A stretch of DNA of 64,000 nucleotides, taken from IMG/VR virus record IMGVR_UViG_2884379107_000001, one strand, 5' to 3'. The translations under genes were made by a program, and so were the position numbers. The notes below the pieces were generated by a model, which worked only from the letters and a program-made list of their open reading frames with translations, ran no database searches and was not told where the DNA came from. The stretch comes from a virus. Positions 34,573 to 43,911 of this stretch are shown in pieces. Position 1 is the first letter of the stretch. Every line of letters starts with the position of its first letter.

Positions 34573-36930
34573 CTAGCGGCACCGAATAGAGACTACGCAA
34601 AAATTGCCAGCTGTCCCACTGGCCACCACCGCCTTTATGTACACGCCCGCTGCCAGCCCTGAAATTCCGCTTGGCCAGTTGGTTGCATCGGGCGTAAATG
34701 TTCCAAATTTTTGAAACTGATTGAAGTGGATGCGGCCCAGCAGATAGTCAGAACTGGAACTGATTGGCCCCAGAAAATAGCCCCCTGACTGATTGTTGGT
34801 GACGTACAGATCGACGTCCATTGCCTGCGAACTGGTTTCCCGGTAGGCCGTAACGGCGCTAAATGTCATTACCTGCGTGGAGATCGGAGCCGGTGCACCT
34901 CCTGTAGCTCCAACGGTCAGCGGAAGTGCCCCATTTAGATTGATCTGCATGGTTAGCGCATCAGCCTGAGTCGTCGCTAACCAGGTAAGATTATCTACAT
35001 ACAGCAGACATAAGCCCGTTCCTAGTGTGGTGTAATCGACCCCGGTTTTAGCGAACCGAAAGGGATAACTGCCTGCGCCGTTGGGATAACTTTTAGAAAA
35101 CGTGGCCGTTACGGTAAAGCTGACGCCTGTTGCAAAATTGTAAATCTTGAAGCCCGTTAAGCGGCTGACTTCCCCCACTTTTGAGGCTCCCCCATTCAGC
35201 ATGGCATCTTCGTAGCGAGTCAGGTTACTGAGTGGCCCCCGTCCTGTTGATCGGGTCACTGAGCCGAACACGCCCCCCAGAGCATCATTATTGATGTCGA
35301 AAAAACCATTACCCACGCTCACCACATTGACCAGCGTTGTATAATAGGCAGACAATGCCGCTGCCGGTGGTGTGCGCACTGCTGTTGTGAACGGCAAACC
35401 GGGACGAAAAAACCGTGAAATGCCCTGGGCGATTCGCTGACTGCCGATATTGGTTGGGTGTAGGACATCACCCTGAAAGTTACCCTGCCCTTCGGGTTCG
35501 AGAAACGTCTGCCAGTCGTCAACCCGATAGGCACCCAGGAACTTATGCGTGTCGAATACCTTCACCCGACTATTCCGGTTCATCCATTCGAGGTAGATGG
35601 TGCGGATGTTGGCCGATTTCTGAGCGGCATCATTGGCATCGACGTTGTTGGTGTACGTGAGCGGTTCAGTGCCAAACGCAATCGGTGGCGGCATATCCAG
35701 GATGATATCGGCCTTGGTATTAGCCAAAAGGAAATTCACGCACAACGCCAGATTGGCCCTTGCCGTGGCGGTGGCGTTCGTATTGAGTCGAAAGTCGTTA
35801 GTCCCAAGCGAGAACTCAATCGCCTGGGGATTGGCGTTGACGGCCTGCCACAAATTGGGGACCGTGTTATTGTTGGCGTAATCGACGGGCGCTGCATTCT
35901 GATCACCAGACGTAATACTAGCCGCCCATAAGGAAAGGGGCGAACCATTACTGGCCAGGTTGTAAGAAGTCCAGCCTTCGAATATACCACCCTTCGCCAA
36001 CCAGTCATTCTCGTAAGCGTTTCGCCAGGGCGATTGGCCCATTTTCCTCGAATCGCCAATATGCACCAACACCGACCCACGTGGATAACTATAGGCGTTG
36101 GTATTTGACCCGGCAGTGCTGTAAGCCGCTGCCTGATCCGCACTAGCCTGAGCAGCCGTTTTATAGCCTAGGGCCGTACTGGCCGATCCAGCCGCTTCGC
36201 CTGCCTTTGTGGTGGCGATATTCGCCTGCTGACTGGCCGTAGTAGCTGAACCAGCAGCCGCAGCTTTATCTTGCGCAACCTGAACGGCTTTCTGATTCAC
36301 ATCAACCTGCTGGGTGTCGATGTTGAATTTTATCGAGTCAATAGCTGATTTAACACCATCAACGTGTGCTGTATCATCCGCTACCTGTTCAGATTTCGCC
36401 GTAATGGTGGTCTGAACTAAATCGAAGGTGCCCAATAAGTCATTTTTTGCCTGTTCAGCATCAGCCGCAAAGCCCTGAGCTTCATCTCGAAACGTTTCTG
36501 TCTGATCTCTGTATTCAGCCGTGAGAAAATCCCCTGTATAGGGAACGGCTACGGTAACATCGGCAGCGGTATAGATCAGAACTTCCCCAGAATCAACAGG
36601 AGCAGAAAGACTCAGCCGTGCCCGATCCTTATTGGTAACAATACTACCTGCCCAGACAACGCGCCCATCGAACAGAATCTCCTGATAGCCCTCAACGGGA
36701 AGTAAACTGGTCTGGGCATATTCATGCCGAATTTTTCGACCAACCAGGTTAGCTGTAGGCTGTTGCTCATCCGGAAGTGGATCCGTCGTACTTGAATCCT
36801 TATAGGCTACTGTCGTAACCAGTGTGGGTAGAACATAGTCAACGGGCAGTGTATATTCCCGCCAGAAGGAATTTCCCCGAAAGATGGAATAATTAAGTGG
36901 AGCGATCTGGTCAGCGAGGGTATTGTCCAT
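34573..36930 (-). CDS. Fibre-like structural protein with an SGNH/GDSL esterase domain
   Basis: Ala-rich fibre repeats, then HIGDS, LGTND and DVLHP (complete SGNH motifs). Confidence 0.8.
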   Translation of the reverse strand: MDNTLADQIAPLNYSIFRGNSFWREYTLPVDYVLPTLVTTVAYKDSSTTDPLPDEQQPTANLVGRKIRHEYAQTSLLPVEGYQEILFDGRVVWAGSIVTNKDRARLSLSAPVDSGEVLIYTAADVTVAVPYTGDFLTAEYRDQTETFRDEAQGFAADAEQAKNDLLGTFDLVQTTITAKSEQVADDTAHVDGVKSAIDSIKFNIDTQQVDVNQKAVQVAQDKAAAAGSATTASQQANIATTKAGEAAGSASTALGYKTAAQASADQAAAYSTAGSNTNAYSYPRGSVLVHIGDSRKMGQSPWRNAYENDWLAKGGIFEGWTSYNLASNGSPLSLWAASITSGDQNAAPVDYANNNTVPNLWQAVNANPQAIEFSLGTNDFRLNTNATATARANLALCVNFLLANTKADIILDMPPPIAFGTEPLTYTNNVDANDAAQKSANIRTIYLEWMNRNSRVKVFDTHKFLGAYRVDDWQTFLEPEGQGNFQGDVLHPTNIGSQRIAQGISRFFRPGLPFTTAVRTPPAAALSAYYTTLVNVVSVGNGFFDINNDALGGVFGSVTRSTGRGPLSNLTRYEDAMLNGGASKVGEVSRLTGFKIYNFATGVSFTVTATFSKSYPNGAGSYPFRFAKTGVDYTTLGTGLCLLYVDNLTWLATTQADALTMQINLNGALPLTVGATGGAPAPISTQVMTFSAVTAYRETSSQAMDVDLYVTNNQSGGYFLGPISSSSDYLLGRIHFNQFQKFGTFTPDATNWPSGISGLAAGVYIKAVVASGTAGNFCVVSIRCR

Positions 36931-37016
36931 GAGGCAAAGAGGGATGAGGTACTTGCAAAATCAGGCAGCAAAACACCGGCGAGCGGGGTCTTACTGCCTG
37001 ATGCTGGAAAGGGAGA

Positions 37017-37517
37017 TTACTGCGTGAACTGGATGGGCCCCACACCTGATTTGGTGGGTTGCAGCGCCGTCACCGTGATGTCAAGCACGAACAACGTGTC
37101 ACGCGTCAATTCGCCGTTCAGTTTCGCCGTCAGCTGTCCACGTGGGATCGTAATGGCCTTGAAACCGTCCGAAGGAATGATCTTGATCGTTTGCTCGATA
37201 GCGACCACCGAAGCGGGCATATTCCAGACGCGGGCAGGTGACGTACCCGACGCCGTTCCGCCAAACACAGCAATCATGGTATCCACATCAGGGTTAGCCA
37301 GTGACCATGTAAGAGTAATAGCGCCCGGTGTTGATTTGGTGTATACGGCCGCATCCACCTCCTCCACTTTAAATTCGGTAACTGTGGCATCGGCCTGATT
37401 GAGCTTAGCCGTTTTCTCCAGCGTGTAGCCCAGTGAGGTCAGGCTGGTACCTGGCCCACCATCACCAGCGATCGCACCGACCGTAATACTGGTAATACCA
37501 ATTGTGTATAGTGCCAT
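37017..37517 (-). CDS. Major tail tube protein
   Basis: Follows the tail terminator; SLGYTLEKTAKL...EFKVEEVD...IPRGQLTAKLNG. Confidence 0.75.
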   Translation of the reverse strand: MALYTIGITSITVGAIAGDGGPGTSLTSLGYTLEKTAKLNQADATVTEFKVEEVDAAVYTKSTPGAITLTWSLANPDVDTMIAVFGGTASGTSPARVWNMPASVVAIEQTIKIIPSDGFKAITIPRGQLTAKLNGELTRDTLFVLDITVTALQPTKSGVGPIQFTQ

Positions 37518-37540
37518 TGTAAAAACTTGATTTAAATGCG

Positions 37541-37948
37541 TTAGGGGAAAAATTGAAACTCAATCCGAAAATTGAGATAGGTTTGGCCCGTGTCGGGCTC
37601 CTCAAAGACATCCGTTGGCCCTAGCCAAAACCGGTACTGCTGGCAGTTGAATTCGGTTAGCAGTGGCACGGCCAGTTCGGCTAATACCTTTAATCTGGCC
37701 GTATCGACGATGCGTAGCTCAGTCCCTGCCACCGTTTCCAGCAGGTCTGGCACATAGATGTTGACATTGCCCGCTCCCCGTTGCAACTGATCACCCGAAA
37801 CGGGGAGTGAATTGACCACCACATCCTCCAGTACTGAGCCCGTTGGCCGCTTTTGCTTGTAAACAGATCCGGTAATGGCTGTTTTCAAACTCGAAGCGAA
37901 CAAGAGCTTATAGAGAATCGTCAGGATGTCCAGTGGTGTTTTCTTCAT
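37541..37948 (-). CDS. Tail terminator protein
   Basis: Position in the neck module; RPTGSVLEDVVVNSL...NVNIYVPD. Confidence 0.65.
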   Translation of the reverse strand: MKKTPLDILTILYKLLFASSLKTAITGSVYKQKRPTGSVLEDVVVNSLPVSGDQLQRGAGNVNIYVPDLLETVAGTELRIVDTARLKVLAELAVPLLTEFNCQQYRFWLGPTDVFEEPDTGQTYLNFRIEFQFFP

Positions 37949-38427
37949 CGTTTCTCGAACTCTACCTTTAACTGACGAAGGATTGTTGGCACCACAGATT
38001 CAGCTAATTGTTCCGCTGAGGTCAGCACATCCAGCCCACGGCTTTCAACGGAGGCTGCATAGTTCATACCAGCGACTACAATCAGGGCGTAACCACTATC
38101 ATAGCCAGCAGCCAGTTGATTCGCCAGATCTTCACCCGTCCGAACCCCGGAAAACGAGCCTTTCGAAGCTTTCTTACCCGAACCTTTGACCGTTGCCGAT
38201 CGCGTAAACCCCGATTTGATCACCTTGCCATTGTGGACAATTACGTAGCCGATACTGTTTCTGAGATTGCCCGTCTGATCGATATAGGTGTTGGTACTTC
38301 TGGCCAGATTCACGCAAAGCTCCCCGACGTAGGAAAGATTGAATAGAATTACGTCGTGAAACTGTGGCGGTATTTTCTGGAAATACGCATGCACCTGGGC
38401 ATCAGACATCCGCCGGTTGATGGGCAT
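37945..38427 (-). CDS. HK97 gp10-like neck/tail completion protein
   Basis: YIDQTGNLRNSIGY...VAGMNYAASVESRG. Confidence 0.75.
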   Translation of the reverse strand: MPINRRMSDAQVHAYFQKIPPQFHDVILFNLSYVGELCVNLARSTNTYIDQTGNLRNSIGYVIVHNGKVIKSGFTRSATVKGSGKKASKGSFSGVRTGEDLANQLAAGYDSGYALIVVAGMNYAASVESRGLDVLTSAEQLAESVVPTILRQLKVEFEKR

Positions 38428-38759
38428 CAGACAAAGAGTTGACAGTGTAATTGCCCCCGAACGAACTGCTTAGCCGTACCGAATACGCGCACCATGGACC
38501 CGCTGCTAATTACTTTGATCGAACAACCCGGCTTAATATCCGGACAGGACAGAGGTAGCTGAACCAGAAAGTCATACACATGGGTCGTCTGATCTTCCAG
38601 CGTAATGGACTGCCCTTTTCCGTTCATTTCGTCCCGGCAGGCGCTGATCATCTCAAAGACCGCCGAAGCGGATCCGGTGAAATCACCATCCTGATTCGGA
38701 ACGGCGTTTGCGCCAACTGGACGAACCCACAACTGATACGGATACTGCTTAACTACCAT
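38427..38759 (-). CDS. Head-tail joining (stopper) protein
   Basis: Position and size after the adaptor gene. Confidence 0.6.
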   Translation of the reverse strand: MVVKQYPYQLWVRPVGANAVPNQDGDFTGSASAVFEMISACRDEMNGKGQSITLEDQTTHVYDFLVQLPLSCPDIKPGCSIKVISSGSMVRVFGTAKQFVRGQLHCQLFV

Positions 38760-39082
38760 AGGAATGAGGCATCAGAAACCGTTGGTGCTGCCTCAGCCAG
38801 TTCATTGACAAAGCCATTCCGGGCGCACAGCTGATTGTAGTAGGTTTTTACACCCTCTACATTGCGCTTCAATGACAAGCCGCCTTCGGTCACATCATCA
38901 CGGGGTAACAGTTCAGGAATAGCGTAGACGATGGCCTGTTCTGCCTGTATAAGCGTGGTTTTGCTTAGAACGGTGTTATCGTCCGCATCCACTCGCATCA
39001 GGAGCACATCCATTTTTACCTTGGAGAGTTCGTAACCGTACTGTCCAAGTGTATCCGTTACATATTCCCGAACTGTTGCCAT
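38753..39082 (-). CDS. Head-tail adaptor protein
   Basis: DVTEGGLSLK...YYNQLC, downstream of the capsid gene. Confidence 0.6.
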   Translation of the reverse strand: MATVREYVTDTLGQYGYELSKVKMDVLLMRVDADDNTVLSKTTLIQAEQAIVYAIPELLPRDDVTEGGLSLKRNVEGVKTYYNQLCARNGFVNELAEAAPTVSDASFLW

Positions 39083-39097
39083 GGTATCTGTGTCCGG

Positions 39098-39406
39098 TTA
39101 GACTTGATCTTCTGGATTTCCAGAACCTCCAGTTTCGCCCGAGTTCTCGCCGGTACCACCCGTTTTAGGAGCCGAAGCAGGCGTAGCTGGTTTAGCAGGC
39201 GTAGCCGGCTTGATTGGTGTTTTTGGCTTTTCAACCTCTTTCACCTCTTCGACGTGACCGTTTGTGACCAGTTTCGCCAGCCGGTCGGCGTCAAAGTGGG
39301 ACACATCATCACCGACTTCGTGAACCATGTTGAAATCAGCGATGTCGCGAAACTCCTTAACCACCTTGTGGGTCGGCTTTTCTGACTTCTCTTGTTGCTT
39401 TGCCAT
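39098..39406 (-). CDS. Small head-associated protein with a Pro/Ala/Lys-rich tail
   Basis: VGDDVSHFDADRLAKLVTNGHVE plus PATPAK repeats. Confidence 0.65.
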   Translation of the reverse strand: MAKQQEKSEKPTHKVVKEFRDIADFNMVHEVGDDVSHFDADRLAKLVTNGHVEEVKEVEKPKTPIKPATPAKPATPASAPKTGGTGENSGETGGSGNPEDQV

Positions 39407-39412
39407 GACGGA

Positions 39413-40495
39413 TTAAGACTGAACAGTCGTTGAATCGAGCAAATAGATTTGATCGACGTTGGAGATAACCGGAACCACACGCGCCTGGGAGGAGGTGAAC
39501 TCCGCCAATGGATCGTTCTTCCGATACTTCGATACCAGTATGAAGTTGCCCGCTTTCTGATACGTCACGTTCGTCACGGGATGACCTTCTTCTGCTAGTT
39601 TGGCATACACAAGCGTACCTACCTGGGTCGAGGTTAGGAATACAGCCGCGCCGGTTGCCCAGGGCTTCACCGCCGTTTGGGTACCGTTCTTTTCGTAGCG
39701 AACCGAACGCTCGACGATCTGGAAGGTAAAGCCGTAGCGATCCGAGACAAACGAATTCATCTGGCTAAGCGACGGAGCCGGAATAGCCGAACCCACAAAA
39801 CTCTGCGAGAAGGCGAAGAGCTGTTTTGCCTGCGTGGTGTTGACCAGGTTATTGAACGCTGACCGGTCCAGCATGCAGACCGTGATGGTATTACCATCCG
39901 CACTGGCTTTATCCAGAATGCGTTGGATATCATCGAACGGGGTTGCCGTCGAAGCCGACGACCACAATACAGCCACACCGAACTTATTGGCGCTTGCGTA
40001 CCCATAATCAATCCGAATACCTGTACCCACGTTCTCCGTGTCTTCAATCAGGGTAACCCCCGTTGACAGACCCCGCAGAAACATTTCTTCGCAGCGCTCG
40101 TATACGCCGGTAATGACCTTCGGGGTATCGGCAAACAGCTTGGCCACAATCTGCTGATCAGATGCACCCGTAGCCACCAGCGTATCCAGATCGGTTAGTT
40201 GCCGCTCGTTGAGTTGCAACTTCATACCCAGCTTAGGAATGTCTCCGTTGGCCTTGCTGATCGAGTCACGCTTTTTGAGCGGTAACGACGAATCCATCGC
40301 CACCACATCCGCCATAATCGCGGTGTTAGCCGTGTTGATGGCCTCCCATTTGCCGGTTACTGACAGATCTTCCCGAAGCATGCTCCGGTGCAGGTACGTC
40401 AGTGGGTTGTTGGTACCGTTGAGCGTTTCAACGATCCGAATGGTAATGCCGGGGAGGTATTTGGCAACCCATTGAAGAAATAACGATGTCTCCAT
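39413..40495 (-). CDS. Major capsid protein (phage capsid E-like)
   Basis: 360 aa; MADVVAMDSSLPLKKR...GDIPKLGMK. Follows the scaffold and decoration genes. Confidence 0.85.
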   Translation of the reverse strand: METSLFLQWVAKYLPGITIRIVETLNGTNNPLTYLHRSMLREDLSVTGKWEAINTANTAIMADVVAMDSSLPLKKRDSISKANGDIPKLGMKLQLNERQLTDLDTLVATGASDQQIVAKLFADTPKVITGVYERCEEMFLRGLSTGVTLIEDTENVGTGIRIDYGYASANKFGVAVLWSSASTATPFDDIQRILDKASADGNTITVCMLDRSAFNNLVNTTQAKQLFAFSQSFVGSAIPAPSLSQMNSFVSDRYGFTFQIVERSVRYEKNGTQTAVKPWATGAAVFLTSTQVGTLVYAKLAEEGHPVTNVTYQKAGNFILVSKYRKNDPLAEFTSSQARVVPVISNVDQIYLLDSTTVQS

Positions 40496-40498
40496 GAT

Positions 40499-40894
40499 TT
40501 AGTCAGCGCGGAAAAGAATTTGGGGAAGTGCCGTTTTCACAGCTGACAGAATGCTGGTCATATCGAAGGGCGTAGCCGATGGATTGACCGTACCCCGTAC
40601 CAGAATAGCCGCGAAGGGCTTTGCGGTGCGGACCGTAGCGACCAGAATACCCGCGTAGGTATGGCTGGCAGGGAGCGATGCGTAGGCAGTCGCCCCGCCG
40701 TTGAGCGGCATGGGCTTATAATTGCCCGTGCTCGTCTCCTGAATGAGAACGTGGCCCGCCTGAATGACTTCGGGCGTGAACCCGGACACATCAAGCGTAC
40801 GTCCCCCTTCAATGGTTTCCAGATTCACCTTGATAACGATCGACTCGTTACCGGTTAAAATCTGGCTCCCAGAATTGGACAGGTTTGCGTACAT
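40499..40894 (-). CDS. Head decoration protein
   Basis: GGRTLDVSGF...IQAGHVLI...YKPMP...AAILVRGTVN, between scaffold and MCP. Confidence 0.65.
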   Translation of the reverse strand: MYANLSNSGSQILTGNESIVIKVNLETIEGGRTLDVSGFTPEVIQAGHVLIQETSTGNYKPMPLNGGATAYASLPASHTYAGILVATVRTAKPFAAILVRGTVNPSATPFDMTSILSAVKTALPQILFRAD

Positions 40895-40898
40895 GTAA

Positions 40899-41525
40899 TT
40901 AAACTAAGTTTGGCATGACAGCATCAAGCTCCTCCTTGGAGGCTTGTTTGGTTGTAGTGCCCTTTGGCGTAATGGGCGGCCTTGTCTGACTTAGGCCGTT
41001 GTTGGCTTCAGTCTGAACAAATTCCGCTGCGTCCGTTTCGACCTCCTCCAAATACGCATTGAACTCCTCATCGTCTTTGAACTGCATCCGATTAAAGGCT
41101 TTCAGTGTCGTATTCTTAAAAGCATCTGTAGCGTCCTTCAGCTTAGCTTCCAGTTGCGACTTGCGGGTGTCAACCGTCTTCCCATTTTCGATGGCTTCCA
41201 GCCGCGTCAGCAGTTTAGGGACTGTTTCGGCAAATGGCTTAAACCAGGAGGGTACCTCAGCATTATCTGAGTCGTTGGTTTCGGTTTTGCTGTCTGGCTT
41301 TTTGTCGTCTGCTGGCTTCTGATCCTTGTTACCAAGTCCCCGAATCCGGTCATCCTGTTTGGCAATTTCCGCGAACGGAAATATGTCGTTTAGCTCTTCC
41401 AGCTTCCCCTCAATTTCAGACTCCTCAGTTACTTTCAGTTTGTCCGCAATGGCGTCCAACCGGGCTTTCGAGAGATTTATTTTTGGATATTTCTCTTTCA
41501 GCTTGGCAATGATTTGGTCCTTCAT
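40899..41525 (-). CDS. Capsid scaffolding protein
   Basis: Charged, helical; first gene of the head operon; VPSWFKPF...FNRMQFKDDEEFNAYL. Confidence 0.7.
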   Translation of the reverse strand: MKDQIIAKLKEKYPKINLSKARLDAIADKLKVTEESEIEGKLEELNDIFPFAEIAKQDDRIRGLGNKDQKPADDKKPDSKTETNDSDNAEVPSWFKPFAETVPKLLTRLEAIENGKTVDTRKSQLEAKLKDATDAFKNTTLKAFNRMQFKDDEEFNAYLEEVETDAAEFVQTEANNGLSQTRPPITPKGTTTKQASKEELDAVMPNLV

Positions 41526-41553
41526 GTGAAAATGGCAAGTCTATTTTATAGAT

Positions 41554-41561
41554 CGCAAATA
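41554..41561 (-). promoter_or_regulatory. Bacteroidetes -7 promoter box (TAnnTTTG) for the head-tail operon
   Basis: TATATTTG on the minus strand, about 30 bp upstream of the scaffold ATG. Confidence 0.6.
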
Positions 41562-41565
41562 TATC

Positions 41566-41592
41566 TAAACTACTTATATTGCAAGCAGTTTA
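41566..41592. promoter_or_regulatory. 27-bp imperfect palindrome (operator candidate)
   Basis: TAAACTACTTATATTGCAAGCAGTTTA abuts the -7 box; near-identical inverted copy at 14543-14569. Confidence 0.65.
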
Positions 41593-41747
41593 GCACAAAT
41601 CTATTGCCTTATAATTTACTTATATTCAGATAGTTACAGCTAAAATGTATGAGATTTTACGCGAGAATACCCACGATTATCCGGCCAATTATGGCAACAG
41701 GAAACAGTCCGTAAGTAGCTGATTGTGAAGGGCTCCAAAAACAGGAT

Positions 41748-41815
41748 GAAAGCAAGAATAGAAGCAAGATTGAAAGCAGAAATGAAAGCAAAAACAGAAG
41801 CAAAAACGAAAGCAA
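41748..41815 (+). repeat. Six phased GA(A)AGCA repeats with a period of about 12 bp
   Basis: AGCA cores at 41751, 41763, 41775, 41786, 41798 and 41810. Confidence 0.8.
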
Positions 41816-41816
41816 G

Positions 41817-42101
41817 ATGAACGATCTATCAACCCAGTTTTTTACCCAGCTCTTTCAGCGTCTGGAGAAGAAAACGCCCAAGTTTTTTAACATTCTGACC
41901 GTAGTGCTGGGCGTATTGGCAACATTAGCGGCCAGCGAAGAGGCCTACGAAAAGACGCTGGAGGTCGTACCACCCTGGCTAACGTATGTCGGCTACGGCT
42001 TAAAAGTAGCCTTCTTTTTATCGGGCATCATCACCGCACAGGCAGCCATCAAGGGACCTACACCTCCGCTGGGAGATGATCAACTGCCGAAAAAGTCATG
42101 A
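41817..42101 (+). CDS. Holin-like two-TM protein
   Basis: RLEKKTPKFF followed by two hydrophobic helices; first gene of the lysis cassette. Confidence 0.65.
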   Translation: MNDLSTQFFTQLFQRLEKKTPKFFNILTVVLGVLATLAASEEAYEKTLEVVPPWLTYVGYGLKVAFFLSGIITAQAAIKGPTPPLGDDQLPKKS

Positions 42102-42703
42102 TCGGAAAATGGATAATCGGGGCCATACTGGCCATCGCCATTGGGTACCTGCTGTTTACCTACGTTCCCGGCTTTCGATTCTGGGAAAAGCAACGCGCTG
42201 AGGAGTTGGCCAATCGGGATAAGCTGGAACTTCTGGCCGATGCCAATGTGAAGCTGATCCGGGAATTTGCCGACTTCAAAGCGAAGATCGAACGGGACAA
42301 ACAGCGCAGTGATGACCGTCAGGCATCGGTCCTGCCCAACATCAAAGTGGATGTTTCGGGACTCTCAGCCATCGCCCAGCGTCAGGCCAATCTGGAAAAC
42401 CTCATCCGGTCAAACCTGCTGACTCCTGCCGATACCAGTAAAGTAACGCCTGTGGTCGCCTACAACGAGCCTGCCAATAAGGCCATTACCATTAAACTTC
42501 GCCTGTTCGATAGTCTGCAAACGAGGGCCATGTACATTGACCGGGCGTATTCCTCTTTAAATCAGGCGTTCCGCTTTCGGGGGGATTCGATGCGAAAGGC
42601 GCGGGACTGGATTGATGAGGAGGTACGGATCAATCTATTGAAGGGTTGGTTCACCGGCAAGAATAAGCTACGCGAAGCCCACATCAGGAAACGGCCATTC
42701 TAG
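42098..42703 (+). CDS. Membrane-anchored coiled-coil protein (inner-spanin candidate)
   Basis: Single N-terminal TM followed by a helical region, in the lysis cassette. Confidence 0.5.
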   Translation: MIGKWIIGAILAIAIGYLLFTYVPGFRFWEKQRAEELANRDKLELLADANVKLIREFADFKAKIERDKQRSDDRQASVLPNIKVDVSGLSAIAQRQANLENLIRSNLLTPADTSKVTPVVAYNEPANKAITIKLRLFDSLQTRAMYIDRAYSSLNQAFRFRGDSMRKARDWIDEEVRINLLKGWFTGKNKLREAHIRKRPF

Positions 42704-42757
42704 CCTAACCCGCTCCTACTATCCAACTACGCTCAGCTAATACCCCACTCAATTACC

Positions 42758-43150
42758 GTGAAAGCGTTCATGAAAAGTTTAGTACTAACCGCTTGGGTGT
42801 CGATCATCTATTTACTCGACACGGTGGGGAATTTATTAGCTCCATTATCGGGCACGGTGGACTGGCAAATGGTCGGCTGGGCATTCGCCGGATCAACCAG
42901 CTTTGTCGTCTACGAAGCGATTCAAACCAAACCTCCGCAGCGCAAAGGCTGGCACCGGGTTGCCATGATCAGTCTGGGCATGCTCATTTCGCTGGGCTTC
43001 AACAGCTGGGTGACTGACCGACTGGGCATTCCACCCATACCCTGCACGATTCTACTGGGTATGGCGGGCTATAAACTCTACGGATGGCTCCAGAAGAAAG
43101 CTGATAAGCCCGAAAAGGCAATCAAAGATTTAACCGACTTAAAACCATGA
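42758..43150 (+). CDS. Holin-like multi-TM protein
   Basis: Three to four hydrophobic segments, in the lysis cassette. Confidence 0.55.
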   Translation: MKAFMKSLVLTAWVSIIYLLDTVGNLLAPLSGTVDWQMVGWAFAGSTSFVVYEAIQTKPPQRKGWHRVAMISLGMLISLGFNSWVTDRLGIPPIPCTILLGMAGYKLYGWLQKKADKPEKAIKDLTDLKP

Positions 43151-43905
43151 TCCCTTTCGCACTTGGACAGATCGGACTAGGCCTGACGGCCGTATTTGGC
43201 ATTTCCATTGCCCACATCACCAACCAGTTCCGCGTTCGACCGCCCTGGTACGTCACGGTCCTGATCTGGCTGGTATCGGTTATGGCCGTGTTTGCTCTAT
43301 CGGATCCGCTGGTATTTCCCCGGATTGATTATTTACCCCTGGTCGCCTACCTGTTTCGGTTTGTGGTGGGACTCTTTGCGCTGGCCTTCTTTGTTCGGCT
43401 TCGCTTCAGTCGGGGCAGACCCTTGCCCAAGACAGTGGTTTCTAGGCTCAATCACCTCATCACTTACGGCTGTGCAGCTATTGTTGTCATTGTACTGGGC
43501 TACTGGCAGTACGGGGACCGGCTGGACTCGAACCATAAGTTCAGTAGCCTGCAACGGGAAGTCAGAACCAATCAGCGCATGATGGTCCGGGATACCCAAC
43601 AGACGGCCAACCTGCAACGCACCATCGACCGGCAAAACCTTCAGATGGTAGCTTATCAGGCACAGATCAAGAATCTGAATGATCAACTGGCGGGCTCCAA
43701 TGTTCAGCTTAGGCAACTAACCAATGTAGTCGCTACACTGAGCCGCTACATCAAGCTCATCGGTCGTCAACAATCAACGCTCCATCAGGACATCGGCGAT
43801 ATCAAATCCGCGCAGGGGCCACAGAAACTACCGCCACCTGCCCCCAAAGTATGGGCTTTGCCACCCGACCGGGTGCAACCTTTTGGACCTAAACGAAAGC
43901 CTTAA
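43147..43905 (+). CDS. Membrane protein with a C-terminal coiled coil
   Basis: Four N-terminal TMs, then a Gln/Leu heptad region. Confidence 0.55.
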   Translation: MIPFALGQIGLGLTAVFGISIAHITNQFRVRPPWYVTVLIWLVSVMAVFALSDPLVFPRIDYLPLVAYLFRFVVGLFALAFFVRLRFSRGRPLPKTVVSRLNHLITYGCAAIVVIVLGYWQYGDRLDSNHKFSSLQREVRTNQRMMVRDTQQTANLQRTIDRQNLQMVAYQAQIKNLNDQLAGSNVQLRQLTNVVATLSRYIKLIGRQQSTLHQDIGDIKSAQGPQKLPPPAPKVWALPPDRVQPFGPKRKP

Positions 43906-43911
43906 TCCTGC

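Noticed and set aside
39160-39230. PATPAK repeats in the small head protein
   Set aside because: This is an ordinary low-complexity linker, common in such proteins.
41748-41815. Possible CRISPR array
   Set aside because: The repeats are 6-9 bp with 3-5 bp gaps; there are no spacer-length units and no cas genes.
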